From an uncultured delta proteobacterium (lineage in GTDB: Bacteria; Desulfobacterota; Desulfobaccia; Desulfobaccales; 0-14-0-80-60-11), in contig CAWETI010000003.1 in assembly GCA_963812015.1 (NCBI GenBank), forward strand, positions 512,001 through 576,000: a stretch of 64,000 bases of DNA, given 5' to 3'. Made by a program: the position numbers and the translations under genes. Below the pieces are notes generated by a model. It did not search any database and was not told where the DNA came from. It saw nothing but the letters and a program-made list of their open reading frames with translations. Positions 48,209 through 58,546 of the stretch are shown here, piece after piece. Position 1 is the first letter of the stretch, and each line of letters starts with the position of its first letter.

Positions 48209-48344
48209 TTGAGGGGAGGGCTGGGGGATGACAAATCCCCCACCCTCCCCTCAAACTCCCCTCCCATCCCCCTGTAAGGGGTTGGGGAGAGGGGGCTTGG
48301 GGGAGAGGGGCAGGGGCTGTCCGCCCCTGATCCCTCTCCCCCAA
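48209..48344. repeat. G/C-rich tripartite hairpin repeat, full-length copy
   Basis: Two hairpins around core CTCCCCTCCCATCCCCCTGTAAGGGGTTGGGG; inverse of copy at 62901. Confidence 0.7.
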
Positions 48345-48366
48345 ATTACTTCTTCAGGAAATCACT

Positions 48367-49656
48367 ATGCCTGCCATCTTGCAGTTAGCGCTGGATTTTG
48401 TGGATTTGCACCGGGCGGTGCACGTGGCCGAGCGGGCCGTACCCGCCGGGGTGGATTGGGTTGAAGCCGGCACCCCCCTGATCAAGAGCGAGGGTCTAGA
48501 CGCGGTGCGGGAGTTGAAACGTCTCTTCCCCGGCAAGACCATCGTCGCCGACATGAAGATCATGGACGCGGGGCGCATCGAGGTGGAATCCGCGGCCAAG
48601 GCCGGGGCCCAGATCGTCGACGTCCTGGGGACCGCCACCGACGCCACCATCGAGGAATGTATCCAGACCGGGAAGAATTACGGGGCCAAGATCGCGGTGG
48701 ACCTCATCGCGGTGGCCGATCCGGTGGCCCGGGCCCGGCAGGTGGAGGCCCTGGGGGCCGATTACATCTCGGTGCACGTGGCCATCGATGAACAGATGCG
48801 GGGCCGGGACCCCTTTGCCATTTTGTACGAAGTGAGCCAGGCGGTGCAGGTGCCCGTGGGGGTGGCCGGGGGCATCAACTCCGAGACTGCGGCCGCGGCC
48901 GTGGCCCACGGGGCCGCCTACGTCATCGTGGGCGGCGCCATCACCAAGGCCCTGGACCCGGAAGCCGCCACCCGGGAAATCCGCCGGGCCCTGGATGAAG
49001 GTGTGGTGATTCCCACCACCCTGTTCAAGCGAGGCGGCGCCGAGGAGATCCGCCGGGTGCTGGAGATGGTGTCCGCGGCCAATCTTTCCGACGCCCTGCA
49101 CCGGGGCGGGGTGCTGGAGGGCTTGCGCTCCCTGGCCCCGGGGCTGCGCCTGGTGGGGCCGGCCCTGACGGTGCGCACCTATCCCGGGGATTGGGCCAAG
49201 CCGGTGGAGGCCATTGACCTGGCCCAGCCGGGGGACGTGCTGGTCATCGACGCCGGGGGAGTGGGGCCGGCCATCTGGGGCGAGCTGGCCACCCATTCGG
49301 CCATCCAGCGGGGGGTGGCCGGGGTGGTCATCGACGGGGCCATCCGAGACTCCGGGGACATCGTCAAACTGGGCTTCCCGGGCTTTTCCCGCCTGGTGAT
49401 GCCCAACGCCGGGGAACCCAAGGGGTTTGGGGAGATCGGCGTGCCCATCCGCATCGGCAACCAGAAAATCGAGCCCGGAGACTGGCTCCTGGGGGACGAC
49501 GATGGGGTGGCGGTCCTGCCCCGAAAAATGGCGGTGGAATACGCCAACCGGGCTATGGACGTCCTGGAAAAAGAAAACCGTATCCGGGAGGAGATCAAGG
49601 AGGGCCGGACGCTAGCCCAGGTGACGGATTTGTTGAGGTGGGAGAAGAAGGTGTGA
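48367..49656 (+). CDS. hxlA: 3-hexulose-6-phosphate synthase fused to RraA-like domain
   Basis: LQLALD, EAGTPLIK, ADMKIMDAG, VAGGI; C-terminal SDALH, WGELA, IDGAIRD, GDDDGV. Confidence 0.88.
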   Translation: MPAILQLALDFVDLHRAVHVAERAVPAGVDWVEAGTPLIKSEGLDAVRELKRLFPGKTIVADMKIMDAGRIEVESAAKAGAQIVDVLGTATDATIEECIQTGKNYGAKIAVDLIAVADPVARARQVEALGADYISVHVAIDEQMRGRDPFAILYEVSQAVQVPVGVAGGINSETAAAAVAHGAAYVIVGGAITKALDPEAATREIRRALDEGVVIPTTLFKRGGAEEIRRVLEMVSAANLSDALHRGGVLEGLRSLAPGLRLVGPALTVRTYPGDWAKPVEAIDLAQPGDVLVIDAGGVGPAIWGELATHSAIQRGVAGVVIDGAIRDSGDIVKLGFPGFSRLVMPNAGEPKGFGEIGVPIRIGNQKIEPGDWLLGDDDGVAVLPRKMAVEYANRAMDVLEKENRIREEIKEGRTLAQVTDLLRWEKKV

Positions 49657-49684
49657 TTTTATAGAGGCTCAGAACAACAGGAAT

Positions 49685-50458
49685 TTGATCGTGACAGCTT
49701 CACACGATATAAGAGCGGTAATACTTCAGGTCATACAGGATCAGCGCACGAAAGGGCCGATCGATGCAGGTCTGACTCAAAATTCTGTGCTCGACGAAAC
49801 AGAACATCGGATAGGTATCGGTCATGATCAGGCCATTCTTACGACTTGGCATGACCTTTTTCGCACGGGCTATTTGGCATGGGGAATGAACCTGTCAAAT
49901 CCGAATCCACCGTGGTTTCATGTCACAGCGTTTGGGAGACGTGCGCTTGCATCCTTAAGCCGCGACCCCGCCAACCCTAGCGGATACCTCAATCATCTCT
50001 ATTCGCTTGCAACGTTTAATCCAGTTGCGAAATCTTATATAGAAGAAGGACTTGAATGTTTCGTTGCTGGTCTTTACAAAGCAGCAGCAGTGATGGTCGG
50101 TGCTAGCACGGAGAGCCTTATCCTTGAGATCCGAGATTGCATAGTTCAAAGGCTCGATGCCTTTAGCCGCCCCGTCCCTAAAAAGCTCAAAGATTGGAAG
50201 TTAAAAACTGTCCTCGATGCAACGCAAACTTTCTTTGATGCGCACAAGTCCTCGTTTCCGCGGCCACTATGTGATGAGTTCGAGGCTTATTGGATGGCAT
50301 TCGCGCAGCAAATTCGCGCCGTAAGAAACGATGCTGGACATCCGACAAGTATTGATCCCGTTACGCCCGACACAATCCATGCATCGCTGCTTATATTTCC
50401 CGAGCTTGCAAAGCTCGGGGAAAAACTGAAAGCATGGGTTATTAACGACTTAAAATAA
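49685..50458 (+). CDS. Hypothetical protein with putative C-terminal HEPN (RxxxxH) domain
   Basis: KAAAVMVGASTE helix and RNDAGH motif; wHTH-like N-terminus; lower GC than neighbours. Confidence 0.65.
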   Translation: MIVTASHDIRAVILQVIQDQRTKGPIDAGLTQNSVLDETEHRIGIGHDQAILTTWHDLFRTGYLAWGMNLSNPNPPWFHVTAFGRRALASLSRDPANPSGYLNHLYSLATFNPVAKSYIEEGLECFVAGLYKAAAVMVGASTESLILEIRDCIVQRLDAFSRPVPKKLKDWKLKTVLDATQTFFDAHKSSFPRPLCDEFEAYWMAFAQQIRAVRNDAGHPTSIDPVTPDTIHASLLIFPELAKLGEKLKAWVINDLK

Positions 50459-50493
50459 CCGATTCCATCTAAACTGGGGCGAAATTTAGAGCA

Positions 50494-50558
50494 GTATGGT
50501 GCGTTCCACGCACCATCACGGGTCGGCGGGATAAAAAGGTGCGTAAAACGCACCCTAC
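50494..50558. repeat. Inverted GTAG-type REP doublet (REPIN-like)
   Basis: GTATGGTGCGTTCCACGCACC and GGTGCGTAAAACGCACCCTAC. Confidence 0.65.
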
Positions 50559-50656
50559 GATTCGTGGCAAAGCAATCAGCCACCCCCGTCGGTTTGCTGG
50601 ATTTCGCCCCTTCCTGCCTTAATCCACCAGAAATTCCGTAATCCCAGACTTTCCCC

Positions 50657-50685
50657 TTGCTTTGTATGCTAATTGTACATACAAT
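50657..50685 (+). promoter_or_regulatory. Putative brnTA promoter with palindromic operator
   Basis: TTGCTT-17nt-TACAAT; inverted repeat TTGTATG-9nt-CATACAA at 50662-50684. Confidence 0.55.
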
Positions 50686-50691
50686 ATAATA

Positions 50692-50973
50692 GTGGATTAT
50701 CAATGGGACCGGGACAAGGGCAGGGTCAACCGGCAGAAACACGCGGTTGATTTTGCCGACGCGGTGGGCGTTTTTGAAGATCCCCTGGCCTTGACCATTG
50801 ACGATCCGGGGAGTCTGGAAGAACCGCGTTGGATAACCTTGGGAGCGGATTTCGGGGGCCGGCTTTTGGTAGTGGTTTATACGTATCGGGGAGAGGCTAT
50901 CCGCTTAATCTCTGCCCGGAAGGCAACTAAAAAAGAGCGAGATTGCTATGAAGGGAAAAGAACCGGAATATGA
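50692..50973 (+). CDS. brnT: BrnT family toxin
   Basis: YQWDRDK..NRQKHAVDFADA, EPRWITLG, IRLISARKA; GTG start. Confidence 0.9.
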   Translation: MDYQWDRDKGRVNRQKHAVDFADAVGVFEDPLALTIDDPGSLEEPRWITLGADFGGRLLVVVYTYRGEAIRLISARKATKKERDCYEGKRTGI

Positions 50974-51214
50974 TTTCAGTAAGGGCCGGCGCGGTCCGGT
51001 GGTTTCTCCGCCGCCCGGCAAGACCCGCATCACCATTCGCCTGGACCAGGATATTCTGGAGTGGTTCAAGAACAAGGTGCATGAAGCCGGGGGCGGCAAC
51101 TACCAGACTTTGATCAATCAGGCCTTGCGGGAATATATCCAGTATCGCGGCGGCCTGCTGGCGGAGACCCTGCGCCGGGTGATCAAGGAAGAACTGGCTG
51201 AGGCGAATAGTTAA
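50948..51214 (+). CDS. brnA: BrnA family antitoxin
   Basis: EYDFSKG, KTRITIRLDQDILEWFK, YQTLINQALREY; overlaps brnT. Confidence 0.9.
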   Translation: MKGKEPEYDFSKGRRGPVVSPPPGKTRITIRLDQDILEWFKNKVHEAGGGNYQTLINQALREYIQYRGGLLAETLRRVIKEELAEANS

Positions 51215-51235
51215 ACAGGCAGCCCGCGATTTAAG

Positions 51236-51457
51236 CTAAGACTGGGAGGCCTCAGCCTCTTCTTTACACCGCTTTCTGGCTTCTTTGCGGCAGAGTTCCC
51301 AGATGACGCAGCCGGGGCGGAATTTGCAGTAGAGGCAGGGATCGGTGCAGGCCCGGCAATTATCCAGGCATTCCTGGCAGTAGGCGACTTCCATCTTCTG
51401 GCAGAGGACGCAGGCGGCCCGGTCCGGGTGATGGCGGCATTTATCCATAAATTCCAT
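51236..51457 (-). CDS. Small Cys-rich protein (B-box-like metal-binding)
   Basis: CRHHPDR..CVLCQK...YCQEC...CTDPCLYCKFRPGCVIW. Confidence 0.7.
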   Translation of the reverse strand: MEFMDKCRHHPDRAACVLCQKMEVAYCQECLDNCRACTDPCLYCKFRPGCVIWELCRKEARKRCKEEAEASQS

Positions 51458-51615
51458 AAAAATATCATATCAAAAACTTCAATCAGTTAAAATGGTGTCC
51501 GGGGGTGTTGAGGGCCGCAGCTATTTCGCCCCGGCGAGACGCCGACGCCGCCGAGACCATCCGCCCCTGAAACTCCGAAATCACCGCCGCGGGATGGCCC
51601 GGAAGAGGATGATTT

Positions 51616-52278
51616 ATGACCGAAGACCACTACACCGCCATGCGCCACCGGATGGTGGATACTCAGATCGCGGCCCGGGGGGTGCGCGACCCCAGGGTGC
51701 TGGCGGCCATGAAGAAAGTGCCCCGGCACCGCTTTATCCCGTCACCTTTGTGGGACCAGGCCTACAGCGACTATCCCCTGCCCATCGGGGAGGACCAGAC
51801 CATCTCCCAGCCTTATATCGTGGCCCTGATGACCGAGATCTTGGAGCTGAAGGACACGGACCGGGTGCTGGAAATCGGCACCGGCTCGGGCTACCAGGCG
51901 GCCATCCTGGCGGAGCTGGCGGCCCAGGTCTGCACCATCGACCGGGTGGCGTCGCTGTTGGCCCAGGCGGAGCGGCTGCTGGACTCCCTGGGATATACCA
52001 ATATCAAGACCCGGGTGGGGGACGGCACCCTGGGCTGGCCCGAGGAGATGCCCTTCGAGGCCATCATCGTCACGGCCGGCGCCCCCCAGGTGCCCCGGCC
52101 CCTGACGGAGCAGTTGAGCCTCGGGGGGCGGCTGGTGATTCCGGTGGGGGACCAGTGGTCCCAAACCCTCACCTGCGTCCGCAAGACCACCGAAGGGCTG
52201 AAGCTTGAGTACCACGGCGGCTGCCGCTTCGTGCGGCTCATCGGCGCATACGGCTGGGAAGAGGGCACCTGGACCTGA
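51616..52278 (+). CDS. pcm: Protein-L-isoaspartate O-methyltransferase
   Basis: VPRHRF, QTISQPY, VLEIGTGSGYQ, GDGTLGW, GGRLVIPVG. Confidence 0.96.
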   Translation: MTEDHYTAMRHRMVDTQIAARGVRDPRVLAAMKKVPRHRFIPSPLWDQAYSDYPLPIGEDQTISQPYIVALMTEILELKDTDRVLEIGTGSGYQAAILAELAAQVCTIDRVASLLAQAERLLDSLGYTNIKTRVGDGTLGWPEEMPFEAIIVTAGAPQVPRPLTEQLSLGGRLVIPVGDQWSQTLTCVRKTTEGLKLEYHGGCRFVRLIGAYGWEEGTWT

Positions 52279-52449
52279 CTGAAGCAGGCCTGGCGCCGGG
52301 GGCGGGGGTCTTGTAGGTCGAAGTGATGGGGGGTGGGGGAACGGCCTGCGGGGTCCGGTGGAGAGGTCCCAAGCGCAGAGTTCTCTCTGTGGGTTCCCAA
52401 GTTCAACCGGCAAACCAGAAAGACACTACCGATAAAGCTTCACCCGCTT

Positions 52450-53373
52450 TTACTGTTTCATCCGTTCACCGGCATGAGCGAAATTCACTATCTGCTCTAT
52501 CAAAAACGCCGGCGCTTCCTCTGGCACAAAATGTCCGCTTTCTTCGGCAATGACACCCTTGAGATTGTCAGCCTTTTGCATCATTGCCTTGAAGAGATTA
52601 TCCGAAACGCCATACCGCCCGGCCACAGTAAGGACCGGCATGGCGAACTTCCGGTCCACATAAGCCGCGAGAAACTTGGCGTCGTCAGGCAAGGTGCGAT
52701 AGTAATTAAACCCGGCGGTCATCCCTCCCGGACTGGCGTAGTGTTTAGCATACTCATCGAGGGCATCTCGGGTTATGGCATCTTTCTGGTGCAGCCACTG
52801 CGTCATTTGCGCGGCAATGTATGCTCGTTCTCGATCTTTGGTCAGCATCTCGGGAAATTCCGCCGCCATATGAAATCCATAGTGCCACATCCCGCCTTTG
52901 GCGGGATCCATATTCTCAGTTCCGGGGGGCATGCAATCCACCATTATGAGTTTCGTCACCAGTTCGGGGTGCAACAAACTGAGGACATAAGCAACTTTTC
53001 CACCCATGTCATGGCCCACGACCATTGCTGATCCCGCTCCCAAATGCTTAATGAGCGCGGCAACATCGTTGGCGATAGTGTGCTTGTCGTATCCAGTCTG
53101 CGTCTTCTCGGAAAGCCCCAAGCCTCGCAAGTCCGGAGCAACAACCGTAAATTTGCCCGCGAGAGCCGGCATAACTTTATGCCACTCATACCAAGTCTGC
53201 GGCCAGCCATGGAGCAGAACAAGTAAAGGGCCTTTTCCCATCTTGACGTAGTGCAGGCGGATGCCATTCACTTGGGCGAAATGACTCTCGGCGCTTTTGG
53301 GCAGCTCGGCAGCCTGAGACGAAAGAGCCAGGCAAGACAGAATTAATGAAATCAATAATATACGTGGCTTCAT
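52450..53373 (-). CDS. Exported alpha/beta hydrolase, epoxide hydrolase/dehalogenase-like
   Basis: Signal peptide, LLHGWP, PDLRG, GHDMGG (Asp nucleophile), NYYR, GHFVPEE. Confidence 0.88.
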   Translation of the reverse strand: MKPRILLISLILSCLALSSQAAELPKSAESHFAQVNGIRLHYVKMGKGPLLVLLHGWPQTWYEWHKVMPALAGKFTVVAPDLRGLGLSEKTQTGYDKHTIANDVAALIKHLGAGSAMVVGHDMGGKVAYVLSLLHPELVTKLIMVDCMPPGTENMDPAKGGMWHYGFHMAAEFPEMLTKDRERAYIAAQMTQWLHQKDAITRDALDEYAKHYASPGGMTAGFNYYRTLPDDAKFLAAYVDRKFAMPVLTVAGRYGVSDNLFKAMMQKADNLKGVIAEESGHFVPEEAPAFLIEQIVNFAHAGERMKQ

Positions 53374-53527
53374 GGTAGAGAGTTAGGTGGAGCGAATCTT
53401 GGAAGTGTTTGCTGCCGAACCACCGGTATCAGGGACGTCACTCCTTGCTTCATTCAGGCCGCATTCCTTAAAACCGCCATAACCACCACCTCCACAGAAG
53501 AACATTTTTGCCACCCACCGGCAAGGC

Positions 53528-55411
53528 TTATTGCGCCTGGGCCACCCGGGGTTCGGACAGGCCGGCGGCGATGACCCGCCTGGCCAGGGGGGCGGCGTCT
53601 TCGCCGCCGTGGCCGCCATGTTCCACCAAGACGGTCACGGCCAAGCGGGGGTCGCCGGCCGGGGCATAGGCCACAAACCAGGCGTGATCTTGCGTGCGCC
53701 CAGTTCTCTTCTTTTTGGGATCATCGGGATCCAATGCGACCACCTGGGCGGTGCCGGTTTTGCCGGCCACCTGGATATTGGGGAGGCGGGCGGTTTTGCC
53801 CGTGCCTTTGGTTTCGCTGACGGCGCCCACCAGGGCCTGGCGCACCGTCTCCAAAGTGGCCGGGCTGGCCTCCAGGCGGGATTGGACCTCGGGTTTGGCC
53901 TGGTAAAGAATCTCCCCGGCGGGGTTTTCCACTTTTGCCACCAGATGGGTCTTATAGACGATGCCGCCGTTGGCGATGGCCGCCACCACCCGGGCCATCT
54001 GGAGGGGAGTGGTCAGGTTGTAGCCCTGGCCGATGGCCACCGACATCGTGTCGCCTTCGTGCCAGGCCCGATGAACCCGGTCCTGTTTCCAGGCCGTGGA
54101 TGCCACCAGGCCCGGCATCTCCTTGTCCAGGTCGCTGCCGGTGGGGTCGCCCAGGCCGAAGCGCTTGCTCCACTTGGCGATGCGCTCAATCCCCAGGAGC
54201 CGGCCCACCTCATAGAAATAGACGTCGCAGGACTCCACCAGGGCCCGGTGGAGATTTACCGGGCCGTGGCCGCCCTTGAGCCAGCAGTGAAAGACGTGAT
54301 TGCCGACGGGCAAGGCGCCGCTGCAGTGGATAAGGGTGCCGGGGGTGATGACATTTTCCTCCAGGCCGGCCACCGCCATGACGATTTTAAAGGTGGAACC
54401 CGGGGGATACTGGCCCCTGGCGGCGCGGTTTTCCAGGGGATGGGTCTTATCCTGGTTCAGCTTTTGCCACTCCTGATTGGTGAGCCCCCGCTCAAAGGCT
54501 TCCTGGGAAAAAGTGGGAGAGGACGCCAGGGCCAGGATATTGCCATTTTTGGGGTCCAGCACCACGATGGCCCCCGCCCGGCCTTCCAGGCAGGCCTCGG
54601 CTTCCTGTTGGAGCCGGCTATCCAGCGTGAGATAGACATTGGCCCCGGGGGTGGGAAAGACGCTGGCCAACTGGCCCAATTCCCGCCCGTAAGCGTCCAC
54701 TTCGATGCGGCGGTAGCCCCGCCGGCCCCGCAGGTAGTTCTCCCAGGCCAGTTCCACCCCGCATTTGCCGAGGTAATCCCCCACCTTATAATCAGCAAAC
54801 TTGGGGCTCTTGATCTGGACGTCATTGATTTCCCCCAGGTAGCCCAGGGTGTGGCAGGCCAGGCCTTTCAGGCGGTATTCCCGCTTCGGCTGGACCTGGA
54901 TGAGCACCCCCGGCAGCTCCGGTTGAAAGGTCTCCACCCGGGCCATCTCATCCCAAGCCAGGTCGGTGCGGACCCGCACCTGGTGCAGGCCGGCCTTTTT
55001 GCCGTTTTGCAGTTGGGTGGCCAGTTGCCGGGGGTCCAGGGGGAGCAGTTGAGCCAGGCGGCCGGCTAGGCGGGGGATATCCCCCACATCCTCCAGGACC
55101 ACCACCAGTTCATAGCTGGGGCGGTTGGCCACCAGTACCTGGCCGGTGCGGTCGAGAATCATGCCTCGCCAGGGGGGCAGGTCCAGGAGGCGGATGCGGT
55201 TGTGCTCGGAACGCTGCTGCATCTCATCGCCCTGAAGCAGTTGCAGGAACCAGAGACGCAAGAAGAGGAGCCCGAAGAGACAGAGAACGATCAGGGCGGT
55301 GCGGGCGAAGGTCCGGCGGACGCGCTCCTGTTCCTCCGGGGACATCACTCCCCCGAGGCTGGGTTCCAGGCGCGGGAAGCCGGAAAATCTCTTGTCATCC
55401 AGGCGCAGCAT
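53528..55411 (-). CDS. mrdA: Penicillin-binding protein 2
   Basis: RGMILDR, YPPGSTFK, SCD, KTGTAQ; downstream of mreBCD; start uncertain (55345-55423). Confidence 0.93.
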   Translation of the reverse strand: MLRLDDKRFSGFPRLEPSLGGVMSPEEQERVRRTFARTALIVLCLFGLLFLRLWFLQLLQGDEMQQRSEHNRIRLLDLPPWRGMILDRTGQVLVANRPSYELVVVLEDVGDIPRLAGRLAQLLPLDPRQLATQLQNGKKAGLHQVRVRTDLAWDEMARVETFQPELPGVLIQVQPKREYRLKGLACHTLGYLGEINDVQIKSPKFADYKVGDYLGKCGVELAWENYLRGRRGYRRIEVDAYGRELGQLASVFPTPGANVYLTLDSRLQQEAEACLEGRAGAIVVLDPKNGNILALASSPTFSQEAFERGLTNQEWQKLNQDKTHPLENRAARGQYPPGSTFKIVMAVAGLEENVITPGTLIHCSGALPVGNHVFHCWLKGGHGPVNLHRALVESCDVYFYEVGRLLGIERIAKWSKRFGLGDPTGSDLDKEMPGLVASTAWKQDRVHRAWHEGDTMSVAIGQGYNLTTPLQMARVVAAIANGGIVYKTHLVAKVENPAGEILYQAKPEVQSRLEASPATLETVRQALVGAVSETKGTGKTARLPNIQVAGKTGTAQVVALDPDDPKKKRTGRTQDHAWFVAYAPAGDPRLAVTVLVEHGGHGGEDAAPLARRVIAAGLSEPRVAQAQ

Positions 55412-55488
55412 AATCGCTCTCACGCATCCGGGTCATCCACCCGATAACCGGGGCTCCGGTCGCCGGCGCCGGGGGAAATTTATCGTCT

Positions 55489-55623
55489 TAGAAGCTATTT
55501 CAAAACCGGTTTATTGTGTCACCCGGAACACCAGCGAAGGGTCTAGGTTATTGGAAAGAATAGATTCTTCGCTTCGCTCAGAATGACAAACCGGCGCAAA
55601 AAGAGGTTTTGAAATAGGTTCTA
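55489..55623. mobile_element. MITE with 19-bp TIRs enclosing a TGTCA-type REP-like doublet
   Basis: TAGAAGCTATTTCAAAACC vs reverse complement TAGAACCTATTTCAAAACC (18/19); internal TGTCACCCGGAAC...GATTCTTCGCTTCGCTCAGAATGACA. Confidence 0.75.
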
Positions 55624-55690
55624 GTCACCATCCTGCCGTCCCTGGGCCGGATCTGGAACAAAACCAGGCCCCAATCGAGTTATGCCTGCC

Positions 55691-56218
55691 TCATTTTCCA
55701 AAAGGCTGATAGGGCATAGGTTCATTCCTGGGCCGCCAGCCCAGGCGGCGAAGAAAGTCTTCCACGCCTTGCACCAAGAGATGCATCAGGGGCCCCAGGG
55801 CCGCGGTGCCCAGAATCTCCATGGCGTGCAGCTTGATCAGACCCTGGGAAAAAATGGGCTGGTAGCCCAGGGTGAAGGTGACGATCTGCAAGAACCCTTC
55901 TTGCAAAGCCAGGGCGACTAGGCAGGCCACCGCCTGGAATCCCATCTGCTGCAGCAGCAGACCACGCCGGGAATACCGGGCCACGGCCACCAGCACCAGG
56001 GACGCCCCCAAATGGAGTCCCAGAGGGGTGGTGGCATAACTATCCTCCAGGAGGCCCAACCCCAGGCCCAACACCAGGGACAGGAACAGGGACGGCCGCA
56101 GGCTGACGTAAAACAGCAGCAGGGCCAGCAGACGCAGGTGCACATAGGGAAAGAACACCAGGTACTGCACGTAAAAGAGGACCAGGCCCACCAGGCTGAA
56201 AGCTATCAGAGGCGCCAT
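55691..56218 (-). CDS. mreD: Rod shape-determining protein MreD
   Basis: Very hydrophobic, GLLED...LGLH motif, lies between mreC and mrdA. Confidence 0.8.
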   Translation of the reverse strand: MAPLIAFSLVGLVLFYVQYLVFFPYVHLRLLALLLFYVSLRPSLFLSLVLGLGLGLLEDSYATTPLGLHLGASLVLVAVARYSRRGLLLQQMGFQAVACLVALALQEGFLQIVTFTLGYQPIFSQGLIKLHAMEILGTAALGPLMHLLVQGVEDFLRRLGWRPRNEPMPYQPFGK

Positions 56219-57051
56219 TATGGTTCCGACAAGGCCAGATTGGCCACCTTCACCACCAGCACCTCTTCCAGGGTGGATAAATCGACGTTGGGAGTCACCT
56301 CGATCTCCTGGAAGACGCCCGGATTTTTCTTATTGGCCGCGGTGACTTTGCCGAAGACCAGACCTTTGGGATAAAGGCCCACCAACCCGGAGGCCAGTAC
56401 CAGGTCGCCCACCTGGACGTCGGCGCTCTTGGGGACAAACTCCAGGGAGCAGCGGTTGCCACCCTTGCCCTTGAGCATGCCCCGGACCCGGGTGCGTTGC
56501 ACCATGGCATCGGCGCCGCTCTTGCGATCCACGATGAGCATCACCTTGGAATGCTGGGGATAGACCCAGACAACGCGGCCCACAATGCCCTGGGGGGCCA
56601 GTATCGGCAGGCCTTCCTTGACTCCCTGGGCCTTGCCCTGATCGATGATGGCGGCACGGGACCACAGGGAAGGGTCGTAGGCGATGACCCGGGCCCCGAT
56701 GACGGGGAGGGCCACCTGCCTTTTCAAATCCAATAAGCCCTCGAGGCGCGTCAGGGCCTGCTGGGCTTCCTGGAAACTGACCTCCCGCTGCCGGTATTCC
56801 GCCAATTGCCGCTGGAGTTCGGCGTTTTGCCGCCGCGCTCCCACCAGATAGACATAGCCCATCCAGAATTGTTTGGCGCTGCGGCCCACATATTCCAACC
56901 CCTCCAAACCGGGGGCGGTGAGAGAGATTACCAGTCCTTGGACCTTTTTCAAGGCCGGCGACTGCTTGAGGCTCAAGGAGAGGACGGAAAAAATCAGCAG
57001 CAGGACCAGGACTATGAGGAGCGGGGTACGATAGCGACTTTGGGGGAGCAC
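56218..57051 (-). CDS. mreC: Rod shape-determining protein MreC
   Basis: TM + coiled coil, ARVIA, GIVGRV, GDLVLASG...YPKG; GTG start assumed (ORF extends to 57066). Confidence 0.92.
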   Translation of the reverse strand: MLPQSRYRTPLLIVLVLLLIFSVLSLSLKQSPALKKVQGLVISLTAPGLEGLEYVGRSAKQFWMGYVYLVGARRQNAELQRQLAEYRQREVSFQEAQQALTRLEGLLDLKRQVALPVIGARVIAYDPSLWSRAAIIDQGKAQGVKEGLPILAPQGIVGRVVWVYPQHSKVMLIVDRKSGADAMVQRTRVRGMLKGKGGNRCSLEFVPKSADVQVGDLVLASGLVGLYPKGLVFGKVTAANKKNPGVFQEIEVTPNVDLSTLEEVLVVKVANLALSEP

Positions 57052-57062
57052 ATCTAACCGCC

Positions 57063-58109
<1,047 letters not shown>

Positions 58110-58375
58110 TTAACATCGTGGAAACACCGCTTTCCGCACCGTAGTGCCAGCCTAAGGGCAAAAAAAGCGCCCGGTCCCCGAGCGCCATGGCGACGTGAGA
58201 AGCCCCTGATTATCCTATTGTGCCTACTTAGTGAAAAAATTCAACTAAAAATATCTGCACCGGGGCCGAGGCGGCCGCTGCGGAGGACGGAAAAACTTAG
58301 GCCGGCTCTTGACAAATGCGGCTATACATGGTTTATACAATGTTTGGAATAAGTTCCGGGTATAAGGATGAGAGA

Positions 58376-58510
58376 ATGAAACGTACATATCAACCCCATA
58401 ATTTACGCCGGGCCCGCACCCATGGGTTTTTGGAACGGATGAGCACCCGGGGCGGCCGCCGGGTGATAAAGCGCCGCCGGGCCAGAGGCCGCAAACACCT
58501 CTCAGCCTGA
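58376..58510 (+). CDS. rpmH: 50S ribosomal protein L34
   Basis: MKRTYQP...RARTHGF..RM. Confidence 0.97.
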   Translation: MKRTYQPHNLRRARTHGFLERMSTRGGRRVIKRRRARGRKHLSA

Positions 58511-58546
58511 GGGGTGGGAGCCTTAAAGCCTCATCCCTGATATCAA

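Noticed and set aside
53381..53387. GTTAGGT integron core-like site near the hydrolase start
   Set aside because: Wrong orientation for a cassette, no matching attC hairpin and no integrase
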